From contig JBHGNT010000008.1 of assembly GCA_043228905.1 (NCBI GenBank), positions 4,774,001 to 4,838,000 of the forward strand: DNA of 64,000 nt, written 5' to 3'. Source of the DNA: Azolla caroliniana. Its lineage: Eukaryota > Plantae > Polypodiophyta. The notes beneath the pieces are model-generated. The model worked only from the letters and a program-made list of their open reading frames with translations. It did no database searches and was not told where the DNA came from. The translations under genes and the position numbers were made by a program. Positions 1 through 12,701 of the stretch are shown one piece after another. How positions within the stretch are numbered: position 1 is the stretch's first letter; every line of letters begins with the position of its first letter.

Positions 1-171
1 AGTAGGGCAAAATAAATGGTAATCAAATCTAAACGAGTTTCTGTCCAAGGCAACAGGGAATAACTACATGATGTAATAGCCCCCCCCTCCTTGGCATTTA
101 AAAGGAGGGAGAGAGGGCTGAGTAGGGGATCTTGGTTTTGGAGAACGAAGTGCTGTCGGATTGGGAACCGA
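1..171 (+). repeat. Fragment of a gypsy family-A LTR
   Basis: Aligns by eye to 4920-5084 inside the LTR at 4777-5465 (CAGGGAATAACTACATGATGTAA...AAAAGGAGGGAGAGAGGG...GGAGAACGAAGTGCTGTCGGA.TGGGAACCGAG). Confidence 0.8.
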
Positions 172-591
172 GCGTGGTTCGGTTTCTTGGCCTTGAAACC
201 AAACCAAACCATTTATGTATATTAAATACCAAACCAAACTATTTAAATTTTATGAAGCCATTTAAACCGAACTGTTTAGAGCTGAACCATTTAAACCAAA
301 CCGTTTATGAAAAATTTAGAACCAAACCAAATCGTTTTATCATAAATCAAAACCAAACCAAACCTATAAACCTATAAACCTTTAAACCTTCAAAACTTTT
401 AAACCTTAAAACCATTAAACCAAACCACATACGCTGAAACCGCTAAACCGCTAAACCATCAAATTCAAAACCAAACCGGATCATAATATTTGAAACCAAA
501 CCAAACGGTTTATTTATCTTTGAACCAATAAACCGTTAAGCCATGGCTTAACGGTTTGGTTCGGTTTGAGCCGAAACTATGCCCATTGCTA
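172..591. mobile_element. Truncated non-autonomous DNA transposon (hAT-type MITE-like)
   Basis: AT-rich with many AAACC/GGTTT motifs. It has a perfect 28-bp palindrome at 530-557 and ends in TGCCCATTGCTA, resembling plant hAT-MITE TIRs. The other end and a TSD were not seen. Confidence 0.5.
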
Positions 592-725
592 AAATTTGAA
601 CCCTTGACTTCAATTTTTAGAGACAAGATACATCACCAATACATAGCTTCGTGACGTCCACCCCCACCAAACCACATGTCCTCTGGTATGTGCCAAGAGA
701 GAGTGTGAGATTTTGGCTACGGTGA

Positions 726-1197
726 TTAATCATATTCCTCCACATCCTCGTTGACCTTGCTCAAGTTCGAGGGTTCCGTCCTACTATCTTCATCGTTGAG
801 GTGATTGAGGTGAGGACCCTCGTCTTGTCTTTTCTTGAAGATCTTTACACTTTTCCCTGCAATGGGTATGGCCAACCTTGATCCGTCTAGCTCCGCGAGG
901 TGGTAGGTGGCATTGTTGTTGGCACTCGTCACCACATACGGTCCGAACCACCTTCTTGCGAACTTTCTTGTTGTCTTGTGTTGGTTGTCAAGGCTATTGT
1001 TGTAGACCAATACCCAATCTCCTTCTTCGATCTTCTTGAGACGTAGTCGATGTGTCTCGTTGAACCAAATCTTGTTATTCACTCGGGCTTCCTCCATTTC
1101 ATTCGCGCATTTTCTAGATCTTCGGGCCTTCTTTCAAGCTGCCTTATTCGCATCGCCAATAATTCTTCTTGGCTCATCTCGTTCTCCCATGGTATCG
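726..1197 (-). pseudogene. pol: Gypsy-A integrase C-terminal fragment
   Basis: ORF 726-1097 (EGDWVLVY...KFARRWFGPYVV...TYHLAELDG) is near-identical to ORF 52690-53064. Confidence 0.85.
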
Positions 1198-4100
1198 TGT
1201 TAAGGGATAATTTGTACCTAATTATGTGATTAAGTTAAGCGGAAGATTAAGTGATATGTGTGTGAAAGGAAGAGAGAGGAGAAGTTAACACTTATGAACA
1301 ACGAGACAAATGGGGGATGATTAACTATAGTAAAAAGCATCATCAAATAAAAAAATACCCACGATGAGGTATATATACATCTCATGTGCAAAGGTGCACA
1401 TGTCTGAATAGAATATAGGTACAAAGGTGTAGGTCCTATATTAAATGAACACGGGAGTGGAGGATCTACAATGTATCCCACTCAAGTACAAAATCATGTT
1501 TAAGGCTTTAAGATCAACACACTAACAAGATTCTATCTAGGTAACTACTAAATTACGTGTGTTGACTAAATGACTAAACTAAGTTGAGCTTGATATCTCA
1601 ACACGCCCCCTCAAGCTCAAGTGTGAGGTGTCCGACATTCATTTTGGCTTTCGTTGGCTTCTATCCGGTCTTCGTCGACTTCTTCGGCTTTTCCGAGGAA
1701 ATCTTGGTTCCTCCCCCTCAAGTTGGTGACGAAGGCTTGCAATGTGAAATGACCAAAGGCCGAATGTTTCCACCCATCGTGGGTCATGAGTCGTTTTGGT
1801 AGAGCTCTCGGGCTCTTGGTGAGCCGCTACCTTCATCGCGAAGGCATAATGATGGGCCATATACACATTGTAGCCGAGCCGAGTGACAGGATTCTTCTTT
1901 CTTGCCAATGTGAGCGCCTTCTTTACTCCGGGTGTCTGCATGATGGGTACACCAAAATCACTATTTAGTGAGCGAGCTGACACATCCGAATCACTGTTAT
2001 CGGGGTGATCAACTTCGTATTTGGGCATCTTGCCTTTGCCTTTGTCCAAGTTCGAACTTGGCCATGACGTGCTTTGGTCGCGTGAAGGCTCATGTGTGCC
2101 ACTTAGCTCGGTAGAGCTTGAATTGTCCTTTGGTAAAGGACTTGGCCAAATATTGTCCTCTGAGTTGACGTTCAACTCTTCCTCGGTCAGGTCAGGTGGT
2201 GCCGAATCGGGTTTGTACCATGATGCCGATTCGTCGAAGTCTACATCTTGACTGACCCAAACCGCTCAGGTCGAAGGGTTATAGCACTTGTATGCCTTCT
2301 TCTCGGATGAGTATCCTACGAGGATACATGTCTCTGACTTCGCGTTGGGCTTCTGTCGTTGTTCGTTCGAAATGTGTACACTTGCAATGCTTCCGAACAC
2401 CTTGAGGTGCGATAGGATCAACTTCCTTTCGATAAGGAACTTGTATGGAGTTAGCTTATGTACTCCGTTAGTAGTGCATCGATTCATGAGATAGATGGCC
2501 GTGGATGTCGCTCCAGCCCAATAGAAGTTCAACATGTGCTTCTCATACATCATGATGCGTGCTACCTCGAGTATTTGCCATTCTTCCTTTCGGCTACTCC
2601 ATTTTGTTGGGGTGTGTGTTGGCATGAGAATTCTCTCCGAATGCCTTCACCTTGGAGGTAGGAGATGAATTCATCAGACAAGTACTCCTTGCATCCATCC
2701 GATCGTAGGCATCAGACAAGTACTCGAATGTCAAAAGTCTAATGATGAGTCCCTTTGATTGCATCACTCAAAGCCGCTGGAGGTTGCTTGTCTCGGTTTT
2801 GTGACCTTTGGCATACATGGCCGATTTCACCTCGTTCGAATCGAGAATGAACATTCGACCGTCTCTCCGTCCCTTAGCTATGAGTTAACATCTTTCTCGA
2901 TGAAGTATCCTTCGTTGTTGAATCAAACTTGCATGCCTTGCTCCACGATTTGGCCGACCGAGACCAAATTCTTTGTTATTGTCGGCACATGCAAGAGATT
3001 CTTGATGTAAGTTTGTTTGCCTTCTTTCCCGAATGGGATATTGCGGATGTGTCGAATGGGATGTGTGGTGTCGTCTCCCGTCTCTATGAAGCCGGGTCGA
3101 TCCGGCGTTCTTAAGTCACGAAACCATTCTTGGTGTGACGTCATATGATGTGAGGTGTCGGAGTCGATGAACCACACGTCTTGCGAGTTGGAGGTGCTTG
3201 TGGAGTAGGAGGCTGTCATAGAGTTTTCTCTATGTCTCATTATGAATAGTCCACCATAGTCGTCGTATTCGGAGTTGGTTGCGTAGTTTGCGAGTTGTCG
3301 GCTTGTTGAAGCCGACTCACTTCTCTTCTTCCGACACTCCTCTTCATGATGGCCAATTTTTCTGCAATAGTTGCAAGTAATGGGCCACCTTCACCGACCT
3401 TGTTCGGCATGGAAGCTCCCCCTTCTTCCGAAGGCTCCCTGATGGCTTCCATCTTGTTGTTGAAGGTTTGGGTCGAATCAACCTCTTCTACCACCTCAAC
3501 CTTGTCCTCGGCCACCATCCGAATTTGAGAAGAACATTTTTCCTTCTGACGTCTTGGTCTTGATTCGGATGTCGTTCTCTTCAACCAATAAAATTGATTG
3601 AAGGTCGAAGAACGAAGGAGGGTTTTCCCTCACCAAGATTGCCGCCCTCAACGAGTTGAATCATTGTGCGAGGCCGCCCAAGGATACTTGAACCATCTCG
3701 TCTTTGTCGACATTTATGTTGATGGAGCCAAGCGAGTCACAAATGCTCTTGATCTTGGTGGTGTAGTCCGACACAGACATATCTTTTTGCCGAATGTTGT
3801 TCAACTCCTGCCGGAGTTGAAGTTTGTGGGCAGTCGTGTTGACGGCGAACATTTTCTTCAAGTTCTCCCACGCCTCTTTAGGCGTCTTGGCGTCTGGAAT
3901 GAGGTTAAGCATGTGGTCATGGGCACATGTTTCCAAGCAATACATTACTTGACTCGCTCCTTGCTCCCACCTTGGGTAGTTGGCGTTTGTGATGTCGGGT
4001 TTGGTTTCGAGTGTGTCGTTGATGTAGCTCCAATACCCTTGGCTGACTAGGTATTGGTTCATCTTGTACTCCCAAGATGAATAATTGCTCCAGTCTAGCT

Positions 4101-4732
4101 TTTCACTATGGAGTGAGCTACCCATTTGTGTCTTCATGTTGATTAGTGTCTTTTCATCTTTTTCTTTTCTTCCGTCGATCATGTACACGTGCTACGTAGC
4201 AACACTACGGTAGTGGATAGCCGGAATTTGTTTTCGGCGTTTTGAACACACAATCACGAAGAGTCGAGTGGGCTTAATGGATTTGCTAAACCACACACAC
4301 ACTTTGATACCATGTTAAGAATTAGGTAATTAAGAAAGGGTTAATTAGTACCTAATTATGTGATTAAGTTAAGCGGAAGATTAAGTAATATGTGTGTGTA
4401 TGTGTGTGAGACGAAGAGAGAGGGGAAGTTAACTCTTATGAACAATGAGACAAGATGGGGGATGATTAACTATAGTAAAAAGCATCATCAAATACAAAAA
4501 TACACACAATGAGGTATATATACATCCCATTTGCAAAGGTGCACATGTGTGAGTAGAATATAGGTACAAAGGTGTAAGTCCTATATTAAATGAACATAGG
4601 AGTGGAGGACTTAAGTACAAAATCCTATTTAAGGCTTTAAGGTCAACACACTCACTAGATTCTATCTAGGTAACTACTAAGTTACGTGTGTTGACTAAAT
4701 GACTAAACTAAGTTGAGCTTGATATCTCAACA
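1198..4732 (-). mobile_element. Copia family-B element, internally deleted (no RT or RNase H)
   Basis: LTRs at 4313-4732 and 1198-1603 (TG..CA); PBS TGGTATCA (iMet) at ~4303-4312; PPT at 1604-1620. Holds gag (3661-4188), protease WFIDSDTSHHMT (2923-3240) and an integrase fragment (2266-2625). Flanks share ATCG. Confidence 0.9.
1639..4188 (-). pseudogene. gag-pol: Degenerate copia gag-PR-INT remnant
   Basis: Broken ORFs homologous to 44728-48256, with stops and frameshifts. Confidence 0.85.
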
Positions 4733-6615
4733 ATCGCTACCCATGAGGTGATCGTCCTTTCGATGGGCATTACCGGTGTCATGAGGAAAACCGGCTACAA
4801 GGGGAAAAAGCACCAAAGGTGCGTGAACAACCACATGCACGGATGCACACAAGTTGTAGTATATGCTTGTAAATAACCTAGGACTAAGTTTAGGTCGGTG
4901 TGATGTAAGAACACATTAATAGGGTGAATTAAATAGTGATCAAATCGAAACGAATCTCTGTTTGAGGCGGCAGGGAATAACTACATGATGTAACAACCTC
5001 CCCTCGGCATATAAAAGGAGGGAGAGAGGGTTGAGAAGGGGATCGCGGTTTGGAGAACGAAGTGCTGTCGGACTGGGAACCGAGTGCTCAGATTTCTTAT
5101 CCTCTATTTGTGTTTCTTTGGTCGGACGCCTTTGCTCGCGTAGGAAGCCTGTGTGCTCCCGACAGAGGCTCCACATTGTATTTACATACTAGTGCACGTG
5201 TATTGTTTGCTAAGCTCGTAGCTCAACTCCTGGCTGAGTTGGTTGTAGTTTTTTTTTTTTTGATCGATTGTTGGCACCCGTTTTGTTGATCTTCTAGCGT
5301 GTTGCTCCAATCCCGGCCGAGCCGGTGGTGTCATGTATGTCTAGATATCTAACAATCTATACCCCCTACCGACTTCCTTATTCTTCTTCTTTTTCTTATG
5401 CTCCTTGGTTCGAGGCCCCCGCAGTCCCGCCTTTGTTTCGCACGCACACTCGTGAATACATGAAATAATTTGGTGAACCCAATGTGAAACAGGCGGCAGA
5501 GGAGTTTCGAAGATGAGGGGAAGTGAGCTCGCCAAAGCCATGGTGGTAGCTGTTGACCACCTCGTGAGCGCTTGTGAGGGCACGAGTGCCCTTGATAGGG
5601 CCATTGAATCGATTGTCGGCACAGTAGGCTGGTTTGATGGGAAGAACACGATGAGTTATCTTGAGACCTACCACCGGGGTCGAGATGATAATGAAGGACA
5701 TCTCGGAGGACAGACGCCTATTAGGATTCCCTCGGGTGGTTTTGCCGAGCATTCACGTAGAGGTGCTCGAGGTACAACTAGGGTGCCAAAACTGGGATGA
5801 GTTCGAGGGACTTCTCCTCAAGAGGTACGGGTTCAATGACTTGCTTCAGTTGTCGAAGCGGGAGTTTATGGAATGGGTTGAGAGCCCTAGAAAGGGGAGG
5901 AATACGTCGACGCTCCTCTAGGAGTTCGAAAGGCGATTTGCTCGGCTATCAGCTCTCGGCGCTGGACCGGACCGTGCTCGATACAAGTCGGGTCCTACTC
6001 TTCATCAAGTCGGTGGATGCGCTTGATCAGGAGAAGGTGGGTCTCCTGCTGGAGATGGATGAGGGGCTTACGGCTGATTGGGATGTGGTTAAAAGGTTTG
6101 GAACCGTTTCGACAAACGCTGTGAGTGGAGTGACGAGTGTCCGTCGGCAGTAGGCCCGACGGTGGGGAGGAAGCTTGAAGAACCGATTCCGACTCGAACA
6201 GAAGAGATGCGAAGGTGGATCGAGTCCAGCATGGTTCCGACTAACATGATCCAGAGCCCATCTGGAGGTGCGGCCCTAGATGACCTCACTAAGATGGTAC
6301 GATGTCGTGTGAATCTTCACACACTATGTAAAAAAATAATGAAATAATTATTATAGATTAGATTAGTAGCTTACTATAGAAAGATGGATATACTCAAGAG
6401 CTTCAAAATGTATTTTACTATATACAAAATGGAGAAATACATACCAACTTATGAGAAAATAAAGTTTGATTAGATAGGGAAATTAGAACTATCCCACATA
6501 GATAGGAAAGTTAAGGCCCTGGCTATATAAGCACCTTGAGCTCCCTCATTTTTCATTTGTGCTAAGAGCACTTTGGCCACTTTGTCTTGATGGATGATGG
6601 TGGCCAAATTCCTTA

Positions 6616-7310
6616 AAACCGGAAACCGGCCGGTAAGCAAAACCGGAACTGGAATCGGCAAGCAAACCGGAATCGGCAAGCAAACTGGAACCGGCCGGCA
6701 AGCAAAACCGGAACCGGAACTGGAAAGCAAACCGGAACCGGAGCCGGAAAGCAAACCGGAACCGGCCGGCAAGCAAAACCGGATCCGGAACCGGCTGGCA
6801 GGCAAAACTGGAAACCGGTCGGCAAGCGAAACCGGAACTGAAACCGGCAAGCAAACCGGAACCGGTCGGCAAGCAAAATCGGAACCGGAACTGATCGACA
6901 AGCAAAATGGAACTGGCTACCGGACGATGTTGGACGCGGACGGACGAAAGATTGCATCATGCAACAAACTAAAGTAAAGTGAAGAGAACTAAAGTAAAGG
7001 CCATGTGGACGCAAGCAACTAAAGAAGGGAGTGCATGGCCGGCAAGCAAAACCGGAACCGGAACCGGCCGGCAGGCAAAACCGGAAACCGGCCGGCAAGA
7101 GAAACCGGAACTGAAACCGGCAAGCAAACCGGAACCGGTCGGCAAGCAAAATCGGAACCGGAACTGACCGACAAGCAAAATGGAACCGGCTACCGGACGA
7201 TGTTGGACGCGGACGGACGAAAGATTGCATCATGCAACAAACTAAAGTAAAGTGAAGAGAACTAAAGTAAAGGCCATGTGGACGCAAGCAACTAAAGAAG
7301 GGAGTGCATG
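6616..7310 (+). repeat. AAACCGG(AACCGG)n/CAAGC tandem array plus a 273-bp duplication within the 5' LTR
   Basis: Visible short-unit array; CAAGCAAAATGGAAC recurs at 6899 and 7172. The counterpart array in the 3' LTR is at 9722-10060. Confidence 0.9.
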
Positions 7311-7954
7311 GAAAAAGTAAAGGTCATGTGGACAGTCACATGCAACCAAAAGAAAAAGCTAGGCAACTAAAAGTAGAGGCCATGCAACAAAAAGTGAAAA
7401 GGCTATGATCAAGAGAGAACTCCATTTTTATTCCATTATTTTTTCTACACGAAGACTCTCCATATTATTATTATTTTCTTCTCAACTCCCTTATCTTAGG
7501 GAAGCGATAACACTCAAAAACCCTAATCTTCCCTACGGAAGCCAGAATACTCATATAACCTAATCCTAATCTTCCCTACGGAAGCCATATCTCTCAAAAC
7601 CCCTAATTTTTCTTTTCTATTAATCTTAGTAAACCTAAAACTTCTAAATCCCAATCTTGGGACATATTGTAATTTCTTTTTCCTTTGTTAATGAAAATTA
7701 TTAAATTTCTTCTTTTTGTTAATTGTTAAAAATATAAACGTACACATGTGATTATCCTCTGGTCGGAGGCCCCGGGGTCCTGCCTCAAGTTCGCGTATCC
7801 TCGTCGTATTTTCGCGACATCTTTGGTGAACCCGACGTGAAACGAGGCGGTAGGAGGATATCTCATGGAGGCATATATATACAAAGAACCGAAGAGATGC
7901 AAACTATACGAGTTCGATCAATGGTTATCATCATTAAAGACCCACTAAAGTGCC

Positions 7955-9292
7955 ATGCATGCTTTCGTTGAGTTCGAGTGTCGCTTTGCACAACTCTCGG
8001 AGCGGGATCAAAGATTGGTGGGGTTGGAAAAAGTCCTAATGTTTGTGAAATCGATAGACCGGAAGGAAAGGAATGCCATTGGAATCCGACTTGAAGATGA
8101 CGATGGTGCAAATGGCCTCACAGAAGATTGGACGAAAGTGGAAAGAGTATGTCGACTTCACGATGAGAGGAAGGCAAGATTCTCATCGGTGACAACACAA
8201 CGTACTAGGGATGGTGAAAAGAGGACGGGAAGCAACTACAAACTACCACCTAAAGAAGAAAACTCGAAGAGGGAAGGTTCAACAATACTCGACATAGAAG
8301 TCTTGATGGAAGAGGCATTCGAGAATTTAAAGGCGCAAGTTGAGGCTGAAGAGAAACTTCAAAAGGAGCAAAAACTGAAGCAAATGATGAGCGAAGAAGT
8401 GAAGGCCAAAACTAACACATGCAAAGAAGAGGGAAGAATAATCGAGGATTGCTCGATTGAGAAGGTCAATGGGTACGAGGCCGATGAATTTGAAGAGATG
8501 GCCACAAATAACGAATTAGAGATGGAGGTGGCTATGGACAACACAATGAAGGAGGATGGCAAGTGTGCCGAGACTTCTTCCCCACTATTTCAAGATATTT
8601 GGGCAATGGTAGACGGGAACATATTGGTCGGTGGAGAAAGGGCCATCACCGAAGAGACATACCCGAACCAAATAAAGACCCAAGAGATGGAAGGTGGTAA
8701 TGAGGAAGTGAAGGTCAATGTTGATATATACGATGAAGAGGTCAAACAAAGCACAATGGTGCATGACAATGGCCAAGCGAGCCAAGTGAAGTCTAAGGGT
8801 ATTCCGCGAGATATGATCCCATGCTCTGACTCAAAAGGGGATTCTAGTGTGAAGATCAAACAAACGATGGTCAACTGTCACACGAGAGCATACCATGAAA
8901 AAGGTGGATGTGGGAAACATGAAATGTGGTCATCCCAGATTTTGAAAGTGAGCGTGGACTTGAAGCATGGGCTACAAGGAGTAGTCAAAGTCAATGTTCA
9001 AGTGAGGTCTAATGAAGACAAACCTAGATTGATGAAAGAAGGAAGACTAAAATGCGTTAACCATGGAGATGGTCGAAATAAAGGTAGCACTTGCATGATG
9101 CATGAAGGGTTATGCTTCGGGAAGGCAGAAGAAGACATGAAAACCAAATATGGCAATGCAAAGCTCAAACAAAGGATTTGGTGGTTTGGATGGTCTCCAT
9201 GGTTATGGTGGAAAGAATGGTCATGGTGGCATTGGAAGAAGAAAGATAAGGAACCAACGAGTTGGTTCAAGTTCAATCTCTATCATAGATAG
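7955..9292 (+). CDS. gag: Gag-derived protein with an acidic unknown region and a Trp-rich C-terminus
   Basis: 445-aa ORF. The N-terminus (EFECRFAQLSERDQRLVGLEKVLMFVKSID...LTEDWTKVERVC) is homologous to family-A gag (EFEERFARLSALERTVLDTSRVLLFVKSVD). Confidence 0.7.
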   Translation: MHAFVEFECRFAQLSERDQRLVGLEKVLMFVKSIDRKERNAIGIRLEDDDGANGLTEDWTKVERVCRLHDERKARFSSVTTQRTRDGEKRTGSNYKLPPKEENSKREGSTILDIEVLMEEAFENLKAQVEAEEKLQKEQKLKQMMSEEVKAKTNTCKEEGRIIEDCSIEKVNGYEADEFEEMATNNELEMEVAMDNTMKEDGKCAETSSPLFQDIWAMVDGNILVGGERAITEETYPNQIKTQEMEGGNEEVKVNVDIYDEEVKQSTMVHDNGQASQVKSKGIPRDMIPCSDSKGDSSVKIKQTMVNCHTRAYHEKGGCGKHEMWSSQILKVSVDLKHGLQGVVKVNVQVRSNEDKPRLMKEGRLKCVNHGDGRNKGSTCMMHEGLCFGKAEEDMKTKYGNAKLKQRIWWFGWSPWLWWKEWSWWHWKKKDKEPTSWFKFNLYHR

Positions 9293-12200
9293 TTAGCTTA
9301 TGAAGGAAAGAAAATATTACGACAACGATTAAAGATTTCAACTAGGAGGATACAACTCAATAACACAATTGGCACATACCGGTGGATGTGCAGGTTTGGT
9401 GGGGGTGAATGTCGTGTGAATCTTCACACACTATGTAAAAAAATAATGAAATAATTATTATAGATTAGATTAGTAGCTTACTATAGAAAGATGGATATAC
9501 TCAAGAGCTTCAAAATGTATTTTACTATATACAAAATGGAGAAATACATACCAACTTATGAGAAAATAAAGTTTGATTAGATAAGGAAATTAGAACTATC
9601 CCACATAGATAGGAAAGTTAAGGCCCTGGCTATATAAGCACCTTGAGCTCCCTCATTTTTCATTTGTGCTAAGAGCACTTTGGCCACTTTGTCTTGATGG
9701 ATGATGGTGGCCAAATTCCTTAAAACCGGAAACCGGCCGGTAAGCAAAACCGGAATCGGAATCGGCAAGCAAACCAGAACCGGAACCGGCAAGCAAACTG
9801 GAACCGGCCGGCAAGCAAAACCGGAACTGGAACCGAAAAGCAAACCGGAACCGGAACCGGAAAGCAAACTGGAACCGGCCAGCAAGCAAAACCGGAACCG
9901 GAACCGGCCGGTAGGCAAAACTGGAACCGGAACCGGCCGGTAGGCAAAACCGGAAACCGGCCGGCAAGCGAAACCGGAACTGAAACCGGCAAGCAAACCG
10001 GAACCGGTCGGCAAGCAAAATTGGAACCGGAACTGACCGGCAAGCAAAATGGAACCGGCTATCGGACGATGTTGGACGCGGACGGACGAAAGATTGCATC
10101 ATGCAACAAACTAAAGTAAAGTGAAGAGAACTAAAGTAAAGGCCATGTGGACGCAAGCAACTAAAGAAGGGAGTGCATGGAAAAAGTAAAGGTCATGTGG
10201 ACAGTCACATGCAACCAAAAGAAAAAGCTAGGCAACTAAAAGTAGAGGCCATGCAACAAAAAGTGAAAAGGCTATGATCAAGAGAGAACTCCATTTTTAT
10301 TCCATTATTTTTTCTACACGAAGACTCTCCATATTATTATTATTTTCTTCTCAACTCCCTTATCTTAGGGAAGCGATAACACTCAAAAACCCTAATCTTC
10401 CCTACGGAAGCCAGAATACTCATATAACCTAATCCTAATCTTCCCTACGGAAGCCATATCTCTCAAAACCCCTAATTTTTCTTTTCTATTAATCTTAGTA
10501 AACCTAAAACTTCTAAATCCCAATCTTGGGACATATTGTAATTTCTTTTTCCTTTGTTAATGAAAATTATTAAATTTCTTCTTTTTGTTAATTGTTAAAA
10601 ATATAAACGTACACATGTGATTATCCTCTGGTCGGAGGCCCCGGGGTCCTGCCTCAAGTTCGCGTATCCTCGTCGTATTTTCGCGACAACGGGATCTCCA
10701 GATTGTGCACGCCCGGAGAGACAACAGGGGACAGTCACGTGACCGGAGGCCTTTGGTCGACCAACGATGTATGTGGTGCGACGCGGTCGGCCACACTCGA
10801 AGAGATTGCACGGATTTTACCGAGGCACTTATAAGCAACATGGCGTACCTATGGAATGGGCGGGTGCACACATGTGAGACTCGGAAAGCCCTAGAATTGA
10901 ATACCGGTCGGGGCGGAATGAAGCGATTAATGGAAGAACCCTCGGCATGACAAGCCGAGGCCGTCCATTATTCGCCATCAGCCGGTATCCGGGTCCGAAG
11001 CGATGGTGGCCTGAAACCGAAGGATTTCGGGTTCTAGCCACTAGTGCTGGAAGGCCTTTGCCGAGTACGGTTGAGGAAGGAAGAAGCGGACCGCGCGGAG
11101 AAGCGGGTCCGGGAGGTCACAAGGTGGAACAATCCGGTTGAGGAAAAGACACTCTAACCAGTACGACACCTAGAGTGTGCCAAAGAAGAACGATGCCGGG
11201 ACTTTCGGTTTGCAGGATAGGTTAAAGCCGGCAGGTTACTGGCTACACACGGAAATAGAAAGAGCAACGGACTTGCGGAAAGTCCTCGAAGAACTGTTCC
11301 TTGACAGCTAGGTGGAGCTATCTTTGAGGGAAGTACTAGGGATTGCCAAGGAGTTCCATGAATCCATCGTGGACTTGGTGAAGCACAAGAGGCTCGCGAC
11401 GGAGTCGGAGAAGCCCGTGGAAGTGCGAACGGCACACCTAGATGATACGACAGTAGAAGACGAATTGGCGGAGAGCCATTACTTGAACCCGCATTGGGCA
11501 AGAGAAACTATGGAGACCCCGTTCGGATCGGGAACATCCAAGAACCGGTGGTGGCCCTGAAAGACCATGGATCCGAAATCAACCTAATGTCCATGGATTT
11601 CTACAAGAAAGGAAAATGGCTGACCAACACCAAGCACGGGTGGAAGATATGCGCAGCTACGCGCGCTACGGAGGAACTACACTGGGCGTGCCTGAATGTA
11701 CCGGTGAAGATTGGGGATGTTGAGATTGATCAACACTTTTTCGTGCAGGAGACTTCCTCACACCCAGTGATTCTCGATGAACTATACATTACGGCGGCCC
11801 ATATGGAGACCAAAGTGTTGGACGACAATTTGGCGTATGCACGGGTGAAGAGCCAGGATGGGCGTCACTCCGTCCAATTCTTGACGGTTCGTCCTAACCA
11901 CAAGCGTAACCGCGAATCTCTTGGTAGCGATGACCAAGAGGATTTTTAAAGAGGGCTATCAAGGCATGGGGCCGCAGTAGTCCGGACACCTAGGAGAAAC
12001 CCCACACATGTACCATAGGTAGGAAATTTTGGTTCTCCGACGGTGGAGGTTCTACTATAACCGGCATTAGCGGCCAGGAAAAGAGGCGGGTCGAAGAGCA
12101 TTTAAGGGCGTGCGGTGCCCTTAGCTCTGATGACGAGATTAGTAGTGTCGTGGAGGCAGTCTCATTGGACGACACCCTTGGAGAGATCGAAAGGGTAGCT

Positions 12201-12356
12201 GATGAAGGCCTAAGCGAAGACCGGGTAATTCCGGTCAGTTCCGTGGAAATGTATGAAGACAGAGAAGTACTGTAAGGAACAATACTAAGACAGAGAAGGA
12301 ATTAGTACTAAAAGATGAGGATTAGTACTAAGGGAGGTGTAGAACTCTCGAGAGAA

Positions 12357-12405
<49 letters not shown>

Positions 12406-12624
12406 TGATAACAAAAGATATATATTATGTTAAGAGAATATACAATAGTAGCTAGGAGGCTTAAGACTGGCGTTGAACCGATTTAGTTCGAAATAATGCC
12501 TTGTGCCTCCTTTTATAGTGTTCTCAGGAGTACTCTTGAAGTTTCTAGAATGTTCCAAAGAAATCTGGAATATACATCAATTTTCTATAATAAAACTTAA
12601 ATGAAAATAAAATCCTTCGTATTA

Positions 12625-12692
12625 CAACATATAGTCTAATGGTCAAAAGCTCGACCCATGTAAGATAAGGTTATGGGTTCGAGTCTTGCCAT
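12625..12692 (+). promoter_or_regulatory. tRNA-like Pol III type-2 promoter (A box plus B box) in the chromoviral LTR, antisense to the element
   Basis: A box TAGTCTAATGG at 12632-12642 and B box GGTTCGAGTC at 12676-12685, with 33-nt spacing. Recurs at ~28876-28935, ~30150-30213 and ~42690-42750. Confidence 0.55.
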
Positions 12693-12701
12693 ATCATGAC
12701 A

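Larger units (their letters stand above)
6303..10688 (+). mobile_element. Non-autonomous gag-only (TR-GAG-like) LTR element related to family A
   Basis: Near-identical LTRs 6303-7819 and 9410-10688; PBS TGGTGAACCCGACGTGAA at 7824-7841; PPT GGTTTGGTGGGGGTGAA before 9410; single ORF. TSD ACGA/ACGG, and removal restores the host gag frame (LTKMVRDLQI). Confidence 0.9.

Noticed and set aside
172-480. Telomeric TTTAGGG-like repeats
   Set aside because: Units are irregular AAACC/AAACCT motifs, not a tandem CCCTAAA array.
6470-7287. Multiple overlapping ORFs (FRFRFACR, KPEPE, TGTGKQ), also at 9577-10156
   Set aside because: Artefacts of the stop-free tandem array within the LTRs.
12361-12400. (GA)n and (CA)n microsatellites
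   Set aside because: Routine components of these LTRs; not independent features.
12625-12692. Functional tRNA gene
   Set aside because: The anticodon and T stems do not pair convincingly. Kept only as a tRNA-like promoter cassette.
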